Of a stretch of 64,000 nucleotides of DNA, positions 9,924 to 18,899 are shown one piece after another. This stretch comes from an uncultured Thermoplasmata archaeon (lineage in GTDB: Archaea > Thermoplasmatota > Thermoplasmata > SG8-5). The stretch covers positions 320,706 through 384,705 of the forward strand of contig CAYHBA010000001.1 in NCBI GenBank assembly GCA_964354755.1, given 5' to 3'. The notes beneath the pieces are model-generated. The model was not told where the DNA came from and made no database searches. It saw only the letters and a list, made by a program, of their open reading frames with translations. Every line of letters begins with the position of its first letter. The first letter of the stretch is position 1. A program made the translations under genes and the position numbers.

Positions 9924-10430
9924 CTAGCCCTCCCTGATCTTGCCGGCGACAGCCTCGAACATTTTAGCCACCTTTTCGTTAATGTGACTGCCTGATATGC
10001 GTTCCCCCGCAGGAAGAACCTCTTCGCTATGGGGAATCTCGATGCCCGCATCCAGCATCCCCTTGAGGGCCGCGAACACCTTTGTGCCCCTCTTGGGGGG
10101 CCTGAGACCCATGTCCAGCACGGCCTTTTTCACTCCGGCTTTCGAGGCCCTCTTTCCGGCCATGAAACCGGCTAGATAGGCCGAAGGTATGTTTCCGGTG
10201 GTGTGCTTCCAGCCCAGCTTTTCCAGCTCCATGGTGGTGGCTGTGGCCAGGACTGAGTCGCCCCGCGGGTTGAATTCGATGAACTGGACAATGGTGTTCT
10301 TGGATGTGCAGCGCACGACTGCCCTGGGCAGCCCCGAGGAAATGAGCTTGTGCCTCATCCTGTAGTCCGTCTTGCCCAGCCTCCGTCTTTTGAACGGCAC
10401 ATGGTATCTCGGTCCAGTCGCCATGTTCAC
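9924..10430 (-). CDS. rpl18: 50S ribosomal protein L18 (uL18)
   Basis: [17 protein letters not shown] motif; operon position. Confidence 0.9.
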   Translation of the reverse strand: MNMATGPRYHVPFKRRRLGKTDYRMRHKLISSGLPRAVVRCTSKNTIVQFIEFNPRGDSVLATATTMELEKLGWKHTTGNIPSAYLAGFMAGKRASKAGVKKAVLDMGLRPPKRGTKVFAALKGMLDAGIEIPHSEEVLPAGERISGSHINEKVAKMFEAVAGKIREG

Positions 10431-10924
10431 TTCGCCTCCTGTGCAACAGGCGCCTGTGCGGATTCCGGCATGTCCTTCAGGTAACCCTGCAGTTTAAGCT
10501 GGGTGATTAGGTGGGCCTTATTCTTGAACATGCCGCCCTTGGCCTTCATATAGAATTGGCGGTATGTATGGTTGTCTATGGCTCCCTGATCCTTCAGTTC
10601 TCTGAGTTTCATCCTTACGGGACGGATGAGCCTAATCCACTCGCGCTTCCTGGGAGTCCTGGCATTTTGGCCTCCTTTCCGGCTGCCGGGCCCCCTGCGC
10701 CTGCCCTTGCCTTTCTGGGCATGGGCCTGTTTGGACCTGCCCGTGGACTTGCCCTTCTTCTGCTTGGCCTGTATCAGGCCCCACTTGATGGCCATCCTGA
10801 TGTCCTCTCGTGTTATGCAGTCCGCGACCTTCTTCATGTTGTCGGGGTCCGGGTCAATCCAGATCCTGTTCTCGCCGCATTTCAGCATCTCAGCGGCCAT
10901 CCTGCGCTGGTTCTTCAGGTTCAT
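10427..10924 (-). CDS. rpl19e: 50S ribosomal protein L19e (eL19)
   Basis: MNLKNQRRMAAEMLKCGENRIWIDPD... typical of L19e. Confidence 0.9.
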   Translation of the reverse strand: MNLKNQRRMAAEMLKCGENRIWIDPDPDNMKKVADCITREDIRMAIKWGLIQAKQKKGKSTGRSKQAHAQKGKGRRRGPGSRKGGQNARTPRKREWIRLIRPVRMKLRELKDQGAIDNHTYRQFYMKAKGGMFKNKAHLITQLKLQGYLKDMPESAQAPVAQEAK

Positions 10925-11502
10925 TTCTCCGCCTCCTTTGAAGGAAGTTCTATGCCCCGCTTCTTGGCTTCAGCCAATAGCTCGTCATGAGTCGCCCTGT
11001 CGAAATTGAGTATGCGTAGGTTCATCTCATCCGCCTTAAGCGCGATGTGCATCCTCTTCAGGTAACCAACCGAATGGCCTATTCTGACGGCCTGCTTCTT
11101 CGGGTCAAGATTATCGAGGTCTCCGGCATTGAAAACCATGACTTCCTGAAATCCCGATGGATGCCTGCCCCTGGCTGCTTTAGGGCCCCTGTAGCCGATA
11201 GACACAAAGCCGGGTTCTCCGCTGAAATGGCGTCGCAATTTGGAATGTATGCCCCTGGGCTTCCTCCATTGGGTGCCGACTCTTTTGTACCTGAACCATT
11301 CCTGCCTGTGGAATTCCGGCCTCCTGCGGTTCTTGTCCTGCCTGAGGTCAAGGGCAATTTTCTCGGATGGTGAAATATCCGGCTTGGCGCGGGGTTTGTA
11401 CTTCTTTTCCTTCTCGCTGTCCGCCTTGGGAATTTTTTCCTTCGCAGGTTTCTCCCCATTGGGGGATTTTGCTGCTTTGGCCTTCTTATCGTCCTCGGGC
11501 AT
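10921..11502 (-). CDS. rpl32e: 50S ribosomal protein L32e (eL32) with Lys-rich N-terminal extension
   Basis: Core WRKPRGIHSKLR...; ~50-aa KAKAAKSPNGEKPAKEK leader. Confidence 0.85.
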   Translation of the reverse strand: MPEDDKKAKAAKSPNGEKPAKEKIPKADSEKEKKYKPRAKPDISPSEKIALDLRQDKNRRRPEFHRQEWFRYKRVGTQWRKPRGIHSKLRRHFSGEPGFVSIGYRGPKAARGRHPSGFQEVMVFNAGDLDNLDPKKQAVRIGHSVGYLKRMHIALKADEMNLRILNFDRATHDELLAEAKKRGIELPSKEAEK

Positions 11503-12045
11503 TTAATTACCTCCCTTGCGCACAATGTATATCCCATCCTGAAACTTCCTTGGATCGTAATGTTTTATTATAGTGGCCTGTTCGATATTCGCTGCGGTCT
11601 GGCCCACAAGTTCCAGGTCAATTCCGGAGACCATGACTTCGTCGCCCTTGACTGCGACCTTGGTCCCGCCAAGTATCTTGGCCTTCCTGGGGAATTTCTC
11701 GCCCAGGAAGTTCTCAATCATGAAATCCGTCCCCTTGACGGCCGTCTTCACCGGGAAGTGCGAGTAAACTATCTTCATCTTGTACTCGAATCCCTTGGTC
11801 ACTCCCTCTATCATATTGTTGATGTGGGACCTTATGGTTCCCTGGAGGGCATATTCCTTTCTCTTGGGGAGTGTGCATGTTAAAATCACATTGGATACTT
11901 CCTTGGATATTTTCACGCGGGATGTGGGGAATTCCCTTGCCAGCGTTCCCTTGGGTCCTGTGACCGTGACCTTCATTCCCTCGACCTGGACCGTGATGCC
12001 CTTGGGAATCGCTATTGTATCCTTTCCCTGTCCTGTAACCGGCAT
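11503..12045 (-). CDS. rpl6: 50S ribosomal protein L6 (uL6)
   Basis: Two-domain L6 pattern; operon position. Confidence 0.9.
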   Translation of the reverse strand: MPVTGQGKDTIAIPKGITVQVEGMKVTVTGPKGTLAREFPTSRVKISKEVSNVILTCTLPKRKEYALQGTIRSHINNMIEGVTKGFEYKMKIVYSHFPVKTAVKGTDFMIENFLGEKFPRKAKILGGTKVAVKGDEVMVSGIDLELVGQTAANIEQATIIKHYDPRKFQDGIYIVRKGGN

Positions 12046-12054
12046 TGTCTCACC

Positions 12055-12444
12055 TCAGTACACGTATGCCAGCAACCTGCCGCCAAGCCCTTGTCTCTTG
12101 GCCTCGGTATGGTTGATGACACCCTTCGTCGTGGTCAGTATCAATAGTCCGAAGTCCTGGGCCGGAAGGTACCTGGCCTCGAATTTCTCGAGGTCCACCT
12201 TCTTCACCGAGAACCTTGGCTTGATAACGCCGCATCCGTTGATGCTTCCGTTCAACACAACGCGGAAGGACCCAGCCCTCCCGTCTTCTATATACTCGAA
12301 TTGCGAGATGTAATTGCCGTCCTGCATTATCTTCAGTACACGGCCGATGAGCTTGGAGGACGGTGAAATAATGCATTCCCTCTTGCCGACTGTCTCGGCG
12401 TTCTTTATCTGCGACATCGCATCGTTCAGTGGGTCATGTTGCAT
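12055..12444 (-). CDS. rps8: 30S ribosomal protein S8 (uS8)
   Basis: [17 protein letters not shown]...; operon position. Confidence 0.9.
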   Translation of the reverse strand: MQHDPLNDAMSQIKNAETVGKRECIISPSSKLIGRVLKIMQDGNYISQFEYIEDGRAGSFRVVLNGSINGCGVIKPRFSVKKVDLEKFEARYLPAQDFGLLILTTTKGVINHTEAKRQGLGGRLLAYVY

Positions 12445-12456
12445 TCTTTCGTCCTC

Positions 12457-12603
12457 CTAGGAGTACTTCTTGAAGCCTATCTTGGGGGCCATATCCCTGA
12501 AGCACTGCCTGCAGAGCCTCAGGCCGTAACGCCTGACCATGCCGCGCTTCCTTCCGCAGCGCCTGCAGCCAACCTTCCTCCCGAAGACCTTCTTCGGTTT
12601 CAT
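12457..12603 (-). CDS. rps14: 30S ribosomal protein S14 type Z (uS14, zinc-binding)
   Basis: Hand translation: [48 protein letters not shown] (CxxC...CxxC); below the ORF-track length cutoff. Confidence 0.85.
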   Translation of the reverse strand: MKPKKVFGRKVGCRRCGRKRGMVRRYGLRLCRQCFRDMAPKIGFKKYS

Positions 12604-12629
12604 TCAGATACCTCCGGCAGTAAATGTAA

Positions 12630-13157
12630 TCAAGATATCACCTCGACTTTGAACTTGTTCTTGACGAAGGCCATGCCCTCCTCCTTCGTGATGCGCTGCT
12701 TCGGGGGCAGCTTGCTCGATGAAAGGTTCCTGTCAGACACGCGCCTGCCCGGTCTTGCCAGCGTGACGCAGACATCCAGGCCGAGTATGCCAATCTGGGG
12801 GTCGTATCGCATTCCCTCGAAGTCTGTGTAGTCAGATATCCCGAGGGAAAAATTGCCTTCCTGGTCGAACGAGTAGTCTGCTATTCTGTTCTCCTTTACC
12901 CAGAATGCTCTGGCTATGAAGTCCTCTGCGGCCTGGCGCCTGAGAGTCACCTTGCAGCCTATCGGCATGCCCTTCCTGATGCCCCAGTCCCTGTTCGTGG
13001 TCTTGGACTTGGTGCGGACCGGGGTGGCTTTCGTGAGCATCGCCAGGACCTTCTCAGCCTTTTCAAGGTTCTCGCCGGCCTCGCCGACGCCGATATTGAT
13101 TACCGCTTTCTGGACGCGTATCATCCTCATCTTGCCGCTCGCCCCGGTCTTCTTCAT
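12630..13157 (-). CDS. rpl5: 50S ribosomal protein L5 (uL5)
   Basis: VINIGVGEAGE motif; operon position. Confidence 0.9.
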   Translation of the reverse strand: MKKTGASGKMRMIRVQKAVINIGVGEAGENLEKAEKVLAMLTKATPVRTKSKTTNRDWGIRKGMPIGCKVTLRRQAAEDFIARAFWVKENRIADYSFDQEGNFSLGISDYTDFEGMRYDPQIGILGLDVCVTLARPGRRVSDRNLSSSKLPPKQRITKEEGMAFVKNKFKVEVIS

Positions 13158-13864
13158 AAGGCGTTCACCTCCGGAAGCGTTATCTCCGAGGATTCCCCGC
13201 CGACCATGAACACATAGTCCTTTACGGTCGAGAAACCGTCCTTGAACTTCACCAGGTTCGGGGTCGAGCTCCTTGTGACAATAAGCGCTTCCACCGTCCC
13301 AAACTGGCCGATATGGGTGCCCCCGGTCAGGTACGCGATGTTGCCCTCCTTGAATTCGTGCACTCCGAGTATTCTCTGGTCGGGTATGGAGATTTTAAGG
13401 GTGTCGCCGGTCTTCCTGACATTCTTGTCCAGGACAATGTTCCTGCCGTCATGGAGGTTGAGTTGTATCCTGCCGTCCTTGATCGTTGTCTTGTTCTCTA
13501 TGCGGACAAGCTTCCACTTCGCCTCTTCAGGCATTATCCTCATCAACCTGAAATGACCGTTCCTGTCGAGAAGCAGCCTGAAATGTTCCTTGCTGGCAGG
13601 GATGGATATCACATCCATGATGCCCACCGGGGCCTTGAAGTGTGTCGCCACCTTGCCATCGATGAATATCTTCCTCTCGCCTATGATGCGCCTGGCCTCT
13701 CTGGCCGAGTCGCAGTATCCTGCAAGGTCCCTGAGCACGACCAGGAGGGGCATGCTCCTCTCTATCGGATGGGCCCCGGGGATCTGCTTGGTGATCCATA
13801 CATGGGTCTTCCGGCCTACTGGCCAGGATGTCGGCGCTGTGAGCCTCTTCATGTGTTTGCTCAT
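13154..13864 (-). CDS. rps4e: 30S ribosomal protein S4e (eS4)
   Basis: MSKHMKRLTAPTSWPV... typical S4e N-terminus. Confidence 0.9.
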   Translation of the reverse strand: MSKHMKRLTAPTSWPVGRKTHVWITKQIPGAHPIERSMPLLVVLRDLAGYCDSAREARRIIGERKIFIDGKVATHFKAPVGIMDVISIPASKEHFRLLLDRNGHFRLMRIMPEEAKWKLVRIENKTTIKDGRIQLNLHDGRNIVLDKNVRKTGDTLKISIPDQRILGVHEFKEGNIAYLTGGTHIGQFGTVEALIVTRSSTPNLVKFKDGFSTVKDYVFMVGGESSEITLPEVNAL

Positions 13865-13867
13865 TGT

Positions 13868-14260
13868 CTATCCCTCCTTCAGCCTTTCAAGCTTCTCCTT
13901 CCTTCTCGCATCGGACAGGTTGAGCTTGGTGATTATCACATTGGACGGGGAAATCTTCCTGGCAATCTGAGTTTTATCCGCTTTCGGGATGGTGATTCCC
14001 TCCAGCCCAATGGCCATGTTCCTTGTGAAAATATCTGTGACTATGGCTTCCTTTCCCAGGATATCCTCGTCGCCCCTTACTATCTTGACAACATCGCCCT
14101 TTATTACCGGGAGAGACCTGCAATTGTACTGCTTGATCAGGTCGTTCCCGCTGTCGCCGCACAGGTGCGCGGAAATCAGCTTGCGCTTGTTGTGGGGCTT
14201 GGCCGTGGCACGCCCCTTCCTCTGCTTCCTTGGCTGCTTTGATGACACTGATGCTGGCAT
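13868..14260 (-). CDS. rpl24: 50S ribosomal protein L24 (uL24)
   Basis: KOW-like GDVVKIVRGDEDILGKEAIV; position. Confidence 0.85.
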   Translation of the reverse strand: MPASVSSKQPRKQRKGRATAKPHNKRKLISAHLCGDSGNDLIKQYNCRSLPVIKGDVVKIVRGDEDILGKEAIVTDIFTRNMAIGLEGITIPKADKTQIARKISPSNVIITKLNLSDARRKEKLERLKEG

Positions 14261-14269
14261 GTTGATCCC

Positions 14270-14677
14270 TCACACAATGATGGATGCCGTCGCGGCTATC
14301 CTGGGCCACCTTTCGGCGGCCTCCCTGGCCACCGGCCCCTTTATGTCCGAGCCCTTTGTCTCGCCGTTCTCGGCCGTGATAACCACGGCATTGTCTTCGA
14401 ACTGGACCATTGTACCGTCCGAGCGTCTGAATGGTCTCTTCTGCCTCACTATGACGGCATGCAGAATCTGCCTTCTCATCTCAGGGGTTCCCTTCTTGAC
14501 GCTGACTATTATGAGGTCGCCTATCCCGGCCATCGGATACCTTCTGTGCGTACCGTGGTATTTGGGGACGGCAATGACCTCAACAATCTTGGCACCGGTG
14601 TTGTCTATGCAATCCAGCTGGGCGCCCGTGGGTATCCCCCTTGTCTGATTTCCCGCCAGTCCTTTCATCTTCATCAC
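14270..14677 (-). CDS. rpl14: 50S ribosomal protein L14 (uL14)
   Basis: [15 protein letters not shown]... motif. Confidence 0.9.
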   Translation of the reverse strand: MMKMKGLAGNQTRGIPTGAQLDCIDNTGAKIVEVIAVPKYHGTHRRYPMAGIGDLIIVSVKKGTPEMRRQILHAVIVRQKRPFRRSDGTMVQFEDNAVVITAENGETKGSDIKGPVAREAAERWPRIAATASIIV

Positions 14678-15132
14678 TCCTTATTTATTTTCTCGATTAT
14701 GACGAACGAGACCTGCTTGCTGAGTGGCCTGCATTCCATTATCTTGACATGGTCGCCAACTTTGATGTCCAGGCATGGAGGATTGTGCACCATGTACTTG
14801 CTCGACCTCTTCTCCAGCCTTTCGTACTTTCGGTTCTTTCTCATGTATTGCTTCTTGACCACTGCTGTCAGCTGCATCTTTGTGGACACGATGTCCCCCT
14901 CGAGTATCTGGCCCCTTACGGGGAGCGTTCCGTGGAAGGGGCAGTCCCTGTCCGCGCATGCCTTTCCTGGGGCTTTGACATCGATGCCTATGCCCGATGC
15001 GTCCTTCTGCTTGGCCGGCGCGGGTGTCTTGGGCTGGCTTTTCCTTACTGTCGCCCTCTTGGGTTTTACAGCTGGCTGCTTCGGTGCCGGTTCCGCTTTC
15101 GCCCCGTCCGTGTTTGCCTTTGCGTTTGTCAT
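14674..15132 (-). CDS. rps17: 30S ribosomal protein S17 (uS17) with ~45-aa Lys/Ala/Pro-rich N-terminal extension
   Basis: Core [16 protein letters not shown]...; extension [24 protein letters not shown]... Confidence 0.85.
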   Translation of the reverse strand: MTNAKANTDGAKAEPAPKQPAVKPKRATVRKSQPKTPAPAKQKDASGIGIDVKAPGKACADRDCPFHGTLPVRGQILEGDIVSTKMQLTAVVKKQYMRKNRKYERLEKRSSKYMVHNPPCLDIKVGDHVKIMECRPLSKQVSFVIIEKINKE

Positions 15133-15446
15133 TCTTTCGCCTCCTGCGTTTCAGCAGGTGAATTATTGACCTTGATCTGCTCGCCTTTCTTGACCTTCTT
15201 GGTCCTGTCCTCGGACCTGAACATAATACCGCTGCCCATCAGCATGACATCCTGTCCGCTCTCCAGGTGGAAGAGGAAATCCCTTCCCTGCTTCGGGACC
15301 ATTATCCGCCTGTTTCCGGAGAGCAGTCTGAAGGTATTCATGGTCTCGTCTATGACCAGGCCTGCGTGTTCGGGTGCGCCGCCCCTAAGGACAGTGACCC
15401 TGAGGCCTATCAGTTCGTGGCTGCCCAGGTTTTCGGGCGTTCTCAT
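15129..15446 (-). CDS. rnp1: RNase P protein component 1 (Rpp29/Pop4)
   Basis: Conserved position between sui1/L29 and S17; LIGLRVTVLRGGAPEHAGLVIDETMNTFRL Rpp29-like core; ORF is open to 15548, but that start would overlap sui1 by 76 nt, so the internal MRTPENL start is preferred. Confidence 0.7.
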   Translation of the reverse strand: MRTPENLGSHELIGLRVTVLRGGAPEHAGLVIDETMNTFRLLSGNRRIMVPKQGRDFLFHLESGQDVMLMGSGIMFRSEDRTKKVKKGEQIKVNNSPAETQEAKE

Positions 15447-15471
15447 GGACGCCCTCCCATGCAAACCGTTC

Positions 15472-15783
15472 TCATGGCATGTCCCCCTTGACTTCCACCT
15501 TGAAACCCATCTCAGCGAGAACTTTCTTGACCTTCTTGACATGGTCACCCTGGAGTTCTATGTTTCCGGCTTTGATGGTCCCCCCGGCAGCGCACTTGGT
15601 TTTCAGGGTCCTGGCAAGCTCCTCCACATTGATGTCGGAGGTGTTTATGCCCGTGACCACCGTAACCAACTTGCCGTACCGGCGCTTGTCGCTCCGGATG
15701 ATTATCTGCTGCTGCTCCCTGGCAATCTCCTCGCACATGCAAAGCTCTTCGGGGAGCCCGCAGACTGAGCATATTCCGGCCAT
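15472..15783 (-). CDS. sui1: translation initiation factor SUI1 (aIF1)
   Basis: ~100-aa SUI1 fold motifs (KRRYGKLVTVVTGI...GGTIKAG.IELQGDH). Confidence 0.85.
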   Translation of the reverse strand: MAGICSVCGLPEELCMCEEIAREQQQIIIRSDKRRYGKLVTVVTGINTSDINVEELARTLKTKCAAGGTIKAGNIELQGDHVKKVKKVLAEMGFKVEVKGDMP

Positions 15784-16013
15784 TATTTGCTGGCCTCCGT
15801 TTTTGTTTTCCCGGCTAATGCAACCTCTCTCTGGATTGTCAGTATTCTCGAAATGTTCTTTCTAAGCGAGCGTATCTTTCCCGGGCTCGTTGGAGCGCCG
15901 CCCATGGCGCCAAGCCCTCTCTCGTGCATTAGCTCGTCCCTCAGTTCCTTGAGTTTTTCCGCCCTCACATCGGGTGTCATCTGCCTTATCTCACTCGGCT
16001 TTAGCTGGGTCAT
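15783..16013 (-). CDS. rpl29: 50S ribosomal protein L29 (uL29)
   Basis: Helical 76-aa protein MTQLKPSEIRQMTPDVRAEKLKELRDEL. Confidence 0.85.
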   Translation of the reverse strand: MTQLKPSEIRQMTPDVRAEKLKELRDELMHERGLGAMGGAPTSPGKIRSLRKNISRILTIQREVALAGKTKTEASK

Positions 16014-16905
16014 GGACTCCCTCCTTCGGTGTCTCCGTTTCGTGCTTTTTTTCAGCGGGTGCTTCTGTCTGAATTGGTTCCTCGGCTTTCTTCTTCTTCT
16101 GCACTGGCTTTTCCGGTTGCTCGGGTGTCGCCTGTGCCGGTTTGGCCACTGCGGGTTCCGCCGGTGCAGCCAGCTGAGCCGGTTCCTCGACCTTCTTCCT
16201 CCTCTGAGCGGGTTTTTCCGGTTGCTCGGGCATTTTACCCGGAGCTTGGGTGGGCTCCTCCACCGGTGCTTGGGCTTGTTGCGGAGCCTCAGCCTGAGCT
16301 GGCTCTTGGGCCGGTTCTCTGATGTTCACCTCGTCGGGCAATCTCGCCTTCGGATGCATTATCTGGACCTTCACGCCGATGATGCCCGGCTTCAGCTTGG
16401 CCGGTGTGAAACCTTCCTCCATCCATTGGAGTTTAGGCTCGCCGCAGAATTTGATGTGGCCCTCCTTGAACTTCTCTGTCCTGTGCCTCTGGCCGGTGAG
16501 CTTGCCGGATATTATTACCTGGCAGCCTCTGGCTCCGTTGTCCATTATCCTGCGGACCGTGGAGTGGCCGGCCCTCCTGAAGTGCCATCCCCTCTCGAGG
16601 GCTGAGGCGAGCTTTTCCGACATTATCTGGGCGTTCAGGTTTGGGTTTTCCACCTCCACGACCTCGACCTGCGGCTTGTCGAACCCGAAGTCGAACTGAA
16701 TGGCATCCGTGAGGGCTTTTATGCTGTCCCCCTTCCTGCCTATTACAAGCCCCGGTCTCTCGGTGTACAGCGTCACCCTGGTGCCCATGGGTGTGCGTTG
16801 GATGTCGGCTCCCCCGAATCCTGCGCGTTTCACCTCCTCCTTGAGATATTCGCGGAGCAATGCCCTCTTCACGTTTATGTCGACAAATGCGCGCTCGCCA
16901 GCCAT
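15991..16905 (-). CDS. rps3: 30S ribosomal protein S3 (uS3) with ~105-aa Pro/Ala/Gln/Glu-rich C-terminal extension
   Basis: KH-domain core (ERPGLVIGRKGDSIK); tail EPAQEPAQAEAPQQAQAP... Confidence 0.9.
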   Translation of the reverse strand: MAGERAFVDINVKRALLREYLKEEVKRAGFGGADIQRTPMGTRVTLYTERPGLVIGRKGDSIKALTDAIQFDFGFDKPQVEVVEVENPNLNAQIMSEKLASALERGWHFRRAGHSTVRRIMDNGARGCQVIISGKLTGQRHRTEKFKEGHIKFCGEPKLQWMEEGFTPAKLKPGIIGVKVQIMHPKARLPDEVNIREPAQEPAQAEAPQQAQAPVEEPTQAPGKMPEQPEKPAQRRKKVEEPAQLAAPAEPAVAKPAQATPEQPEKPVQKKKKAEEPIQTEAPAEKKHETETPKEGVHDPAKAE

Positions 16906-16907
16906 GC

Positions 16908-17384
16908 CTATTCCTCCATCATCTCGAGTATTATCTCGATGTTCACTGTCTCCTGGTTGAACTTCTCCCAGCGGCCGTGGGCCCTCGGCATGTAGCCCTT
17001 GGTCACCCTGCCCCGCGAAGCTGCGGCGGTCGCAATCTTGAGGTTCTCCTTGTCGCCAAGGTCGTCTATGGACTTGTCCGCGTTCATCTGCGCACTCTCG
17101 ACAACCGTCAGAATGGCTTTGGCTGCCTTCACCGGGAATCTGCCCGGGCCGGCGCCTTTGGTCGCATATCCGCTCCTTCTGCGGTGCGGAACCATGCTGT
17201 TGTATCTCCTGAACGGCACGGCCTCCTTCTTGTCTATGACATTCTGGAGCAGGTCAATGGCAGATGTTATAGGGAGGCCCCTGATGGCCCTGCATATCTC
17301 GACCGAGTGCTTCGGGGAGATGGGCAGTTCCTTGCCTGTGGCCCTTGCCATTTTTTCCGGGTCGAATTTACCTGTGTATCCCAT
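16908..17384 (-). CDS. rpl22: 50S ribosomal protein L22 (uL22)
   Basis: Operon position and size; SPKHSVEICRAIRGLP motif. Confidence 0.9.
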   Translation of the reverse strand: MGYTGKFDPEKMARATGKELPISPKHSVEICRAIRGLPITSAIDLLQNVIDKKEAVPFRRYNSMVPHRRRSGYATKGAGPGRFPVKAAKAILTVVESAQMNADKSIDDLGDKENLKIATAAASRGRVTKGYMPRAHGRWEKFNQETVNIEIILEMMEE

Positions 17385-17396
17385 TTCATCACATCC

Positions 17397-17861
17397 TCAC
17401 TTGAGCGGCATGAACTTGGAGGACCTCGTCGCCCCCACGCCCGGCCCGGAGTGCTTAACGGCACCCCTCGTCGGAGCGAACTCCCCGAGGTAGTGGCCTA
17501 TCATCTCCGGCTTGATCTCGAATTCCAGATATTTGCTGCCATTGTAAACAGCCACACGCTTCCCGATGAAGTTCGGCAGGATTACAATCTGCCTTCGGTG
17601 GGTCTTCAGCACGGGCTTGTGCCCGGTGAGAAGCCTGTCCACGAAAACCTGTTCTTCGGAGTTAAGGCCCCGCGTATACGAGCGCCTGGCCCTGGACGGG
17701 AGCAACGGCAGAATCTCGCCCATCGGCATCTTCTGCAACTCCTCCACGGTGAAGCCCTGGAACGTGAATTCCTTCTTCTTCCTTGCCGTGATTGCGCCCT
17801 TCTTCTTCCTCGCCTTTCTCCTGGCTGCCTTCGGCGACGGCCCCTTGCCTGGCCTGGTCAT
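17397..17861 (-). CDS. rps19: 30S ribosomal protein S19 (uS19)
   Basis: FTFQGFTVEELQKM...GHYLGEFAPTR motif. Confidence 0.9.
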   Translation of the reverse strand: MTRPGKGPSPKAARRKARKKKGAITARKKKEFTFQGFTVEELQKMPMGEILPLLPSRARRSYTRGLNSEEQVFVDRLLTGHKPVLKTHRRQIVILPNFIGKRVAVYNGSKYLEFEIKPEMIGHYLGEFAPTRGAVKHSGPGVGATRSSKFMPLK

Positions 17862-17863
17862 GG

Positions 17864-18574
17864 TTATTCATCCCTCCCTTTGTTCTTCTTTCTCTGAGGA
17901 GACAGTCTGCCAACCTTTCTGCCTGGCGGCGTATTGCGGCCGACAGTACTCTGGGTACCGACATGTGGGTGGCCCCCGCCCCCGTGCGGGTGGTTGCAGG
18001 CGTTCATTGCCACGCCTTTCACCTTCTTGTTCCTCTTTGCCTTGCTTATGCAGCTGTAATACTTGTTGCCAGCCTTGGCAAAGGGCTTGTCCGACCTGCC
18101 AGAGTTGGCCAATATGCCTATGGTCGCAAAGCATCTGCCGTCGAAGTCTTTCAGTGCGCCAGACGGCATCTGGACAGTGACCTTGCCGCTGCGGGTTATG
18201 ATGGCCGCATAGGTTCCCGCTGTGCGGACATACTTTCCGCCGTCACCCGGCACAGATTCTATGTTATGGACCAGTGTTCCTTCCGGGATCTCCTGGAGTG
18301 GAAGTATGTTCCCCATCTCTATCGGGACGCCGGAGCCCATTGTGATTGTCTGGTTGATTCTCATGCCCTCGGGGACAAGCAGCAGTGCGAACCTGTCGCC
18401 GAATTGGACCTTTGCCATAGGAGCGCTCCTGCCCGGGGCGTGGAATATGTCCACGACTGTTCCCTGACCCACGACGTTCCTCGGGTAACCCGGAACGCCC
18501 TTGTGCCTGTGGCTTGGCGACCTGTATGTGGAGCCGCCCTTTCCCCGTCTCTGCGGGATTATCGGTTTTCCCAT
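17864..18574 (-). CDS. rpl2: 50S ribosomal protein L2 (uL2)
   Basis: Highly conserved HPHGGGGHPH motif. Confidence 0.95.
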   Translation of the reverse strand: MGKPIIPQRRGKGGSTYRSPSHRHKGVPGYPRNVVGQGTVVDIFHAPGRSAPMAKVQFGDRFALLLVPEGMRINQTITMGSGVPIEMGNILPLQEIPEGTLVHNIESVPGDGGKYVRTAGTYAAIITRSGKVTVQMPSGALKDFDGRCFATIGILANSGRSDKPFAKAGNKYYSCISKAKRNKKVKGVAMNACNHPHGGGGHPHVGTQSTVGRNTPPGRKVGRLSPQRKKNKGRDE

Positions 18575-18620
18575 TTCAATTCCCTCCTAGTTACATTAAT
18601 CGTATTCATGAATATCAGCC

Positions 18621-18899
18621 TCAGAATATCCCCAGCCTCATCCCGACTTCCTCCGCGGAAAAGTCCTTGGTGAGCAGGATAATGGCATGCTTGCCGTTCA
18701 TCGTTATGCGGGTGTTCACGCGCTGGACCTTCACATCGTATCTCTTCTCGAATGCTTCCTTAATTTCCTTCTTGGTCGCGTCCCTGCGCACAATGAACTC
18801 AAGCCTGTTCCCGTCCCTGTTTTCCTGTTTGGGCGAGCCCGAGATGTGGTTCATGGATTTTTCTGTGACATAGGGCGTCAGTAAAACCTGTTTCGGCAT
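18621..18899 (-). CDS. rpl23: 50S ribosomal protein L23 (uL23)
   Basis: Size, position and KKEIKEAFEKRYDVKV motif. Confidence 0.9.
   Translation of the reverse strand: MPKQVLLTPYVTEKSMNHISGSPKQENRDGNRLEFIVRRDATKKEIKEAFEKRYDVKVQRVNTRITMNGKHAIILLTKDFSAEEVGMRLGIF

Noticed and set aside
13313-14242. 309-aa plus-strand ORF
   Set aside because: It is antisense to rps4e/rpl24 and has no motifs.
16860-17897. 345-aa plus-strand ORF
   Set aside because: It is antisense to rpl22/rps19, a typical high-GC shadow ORF.
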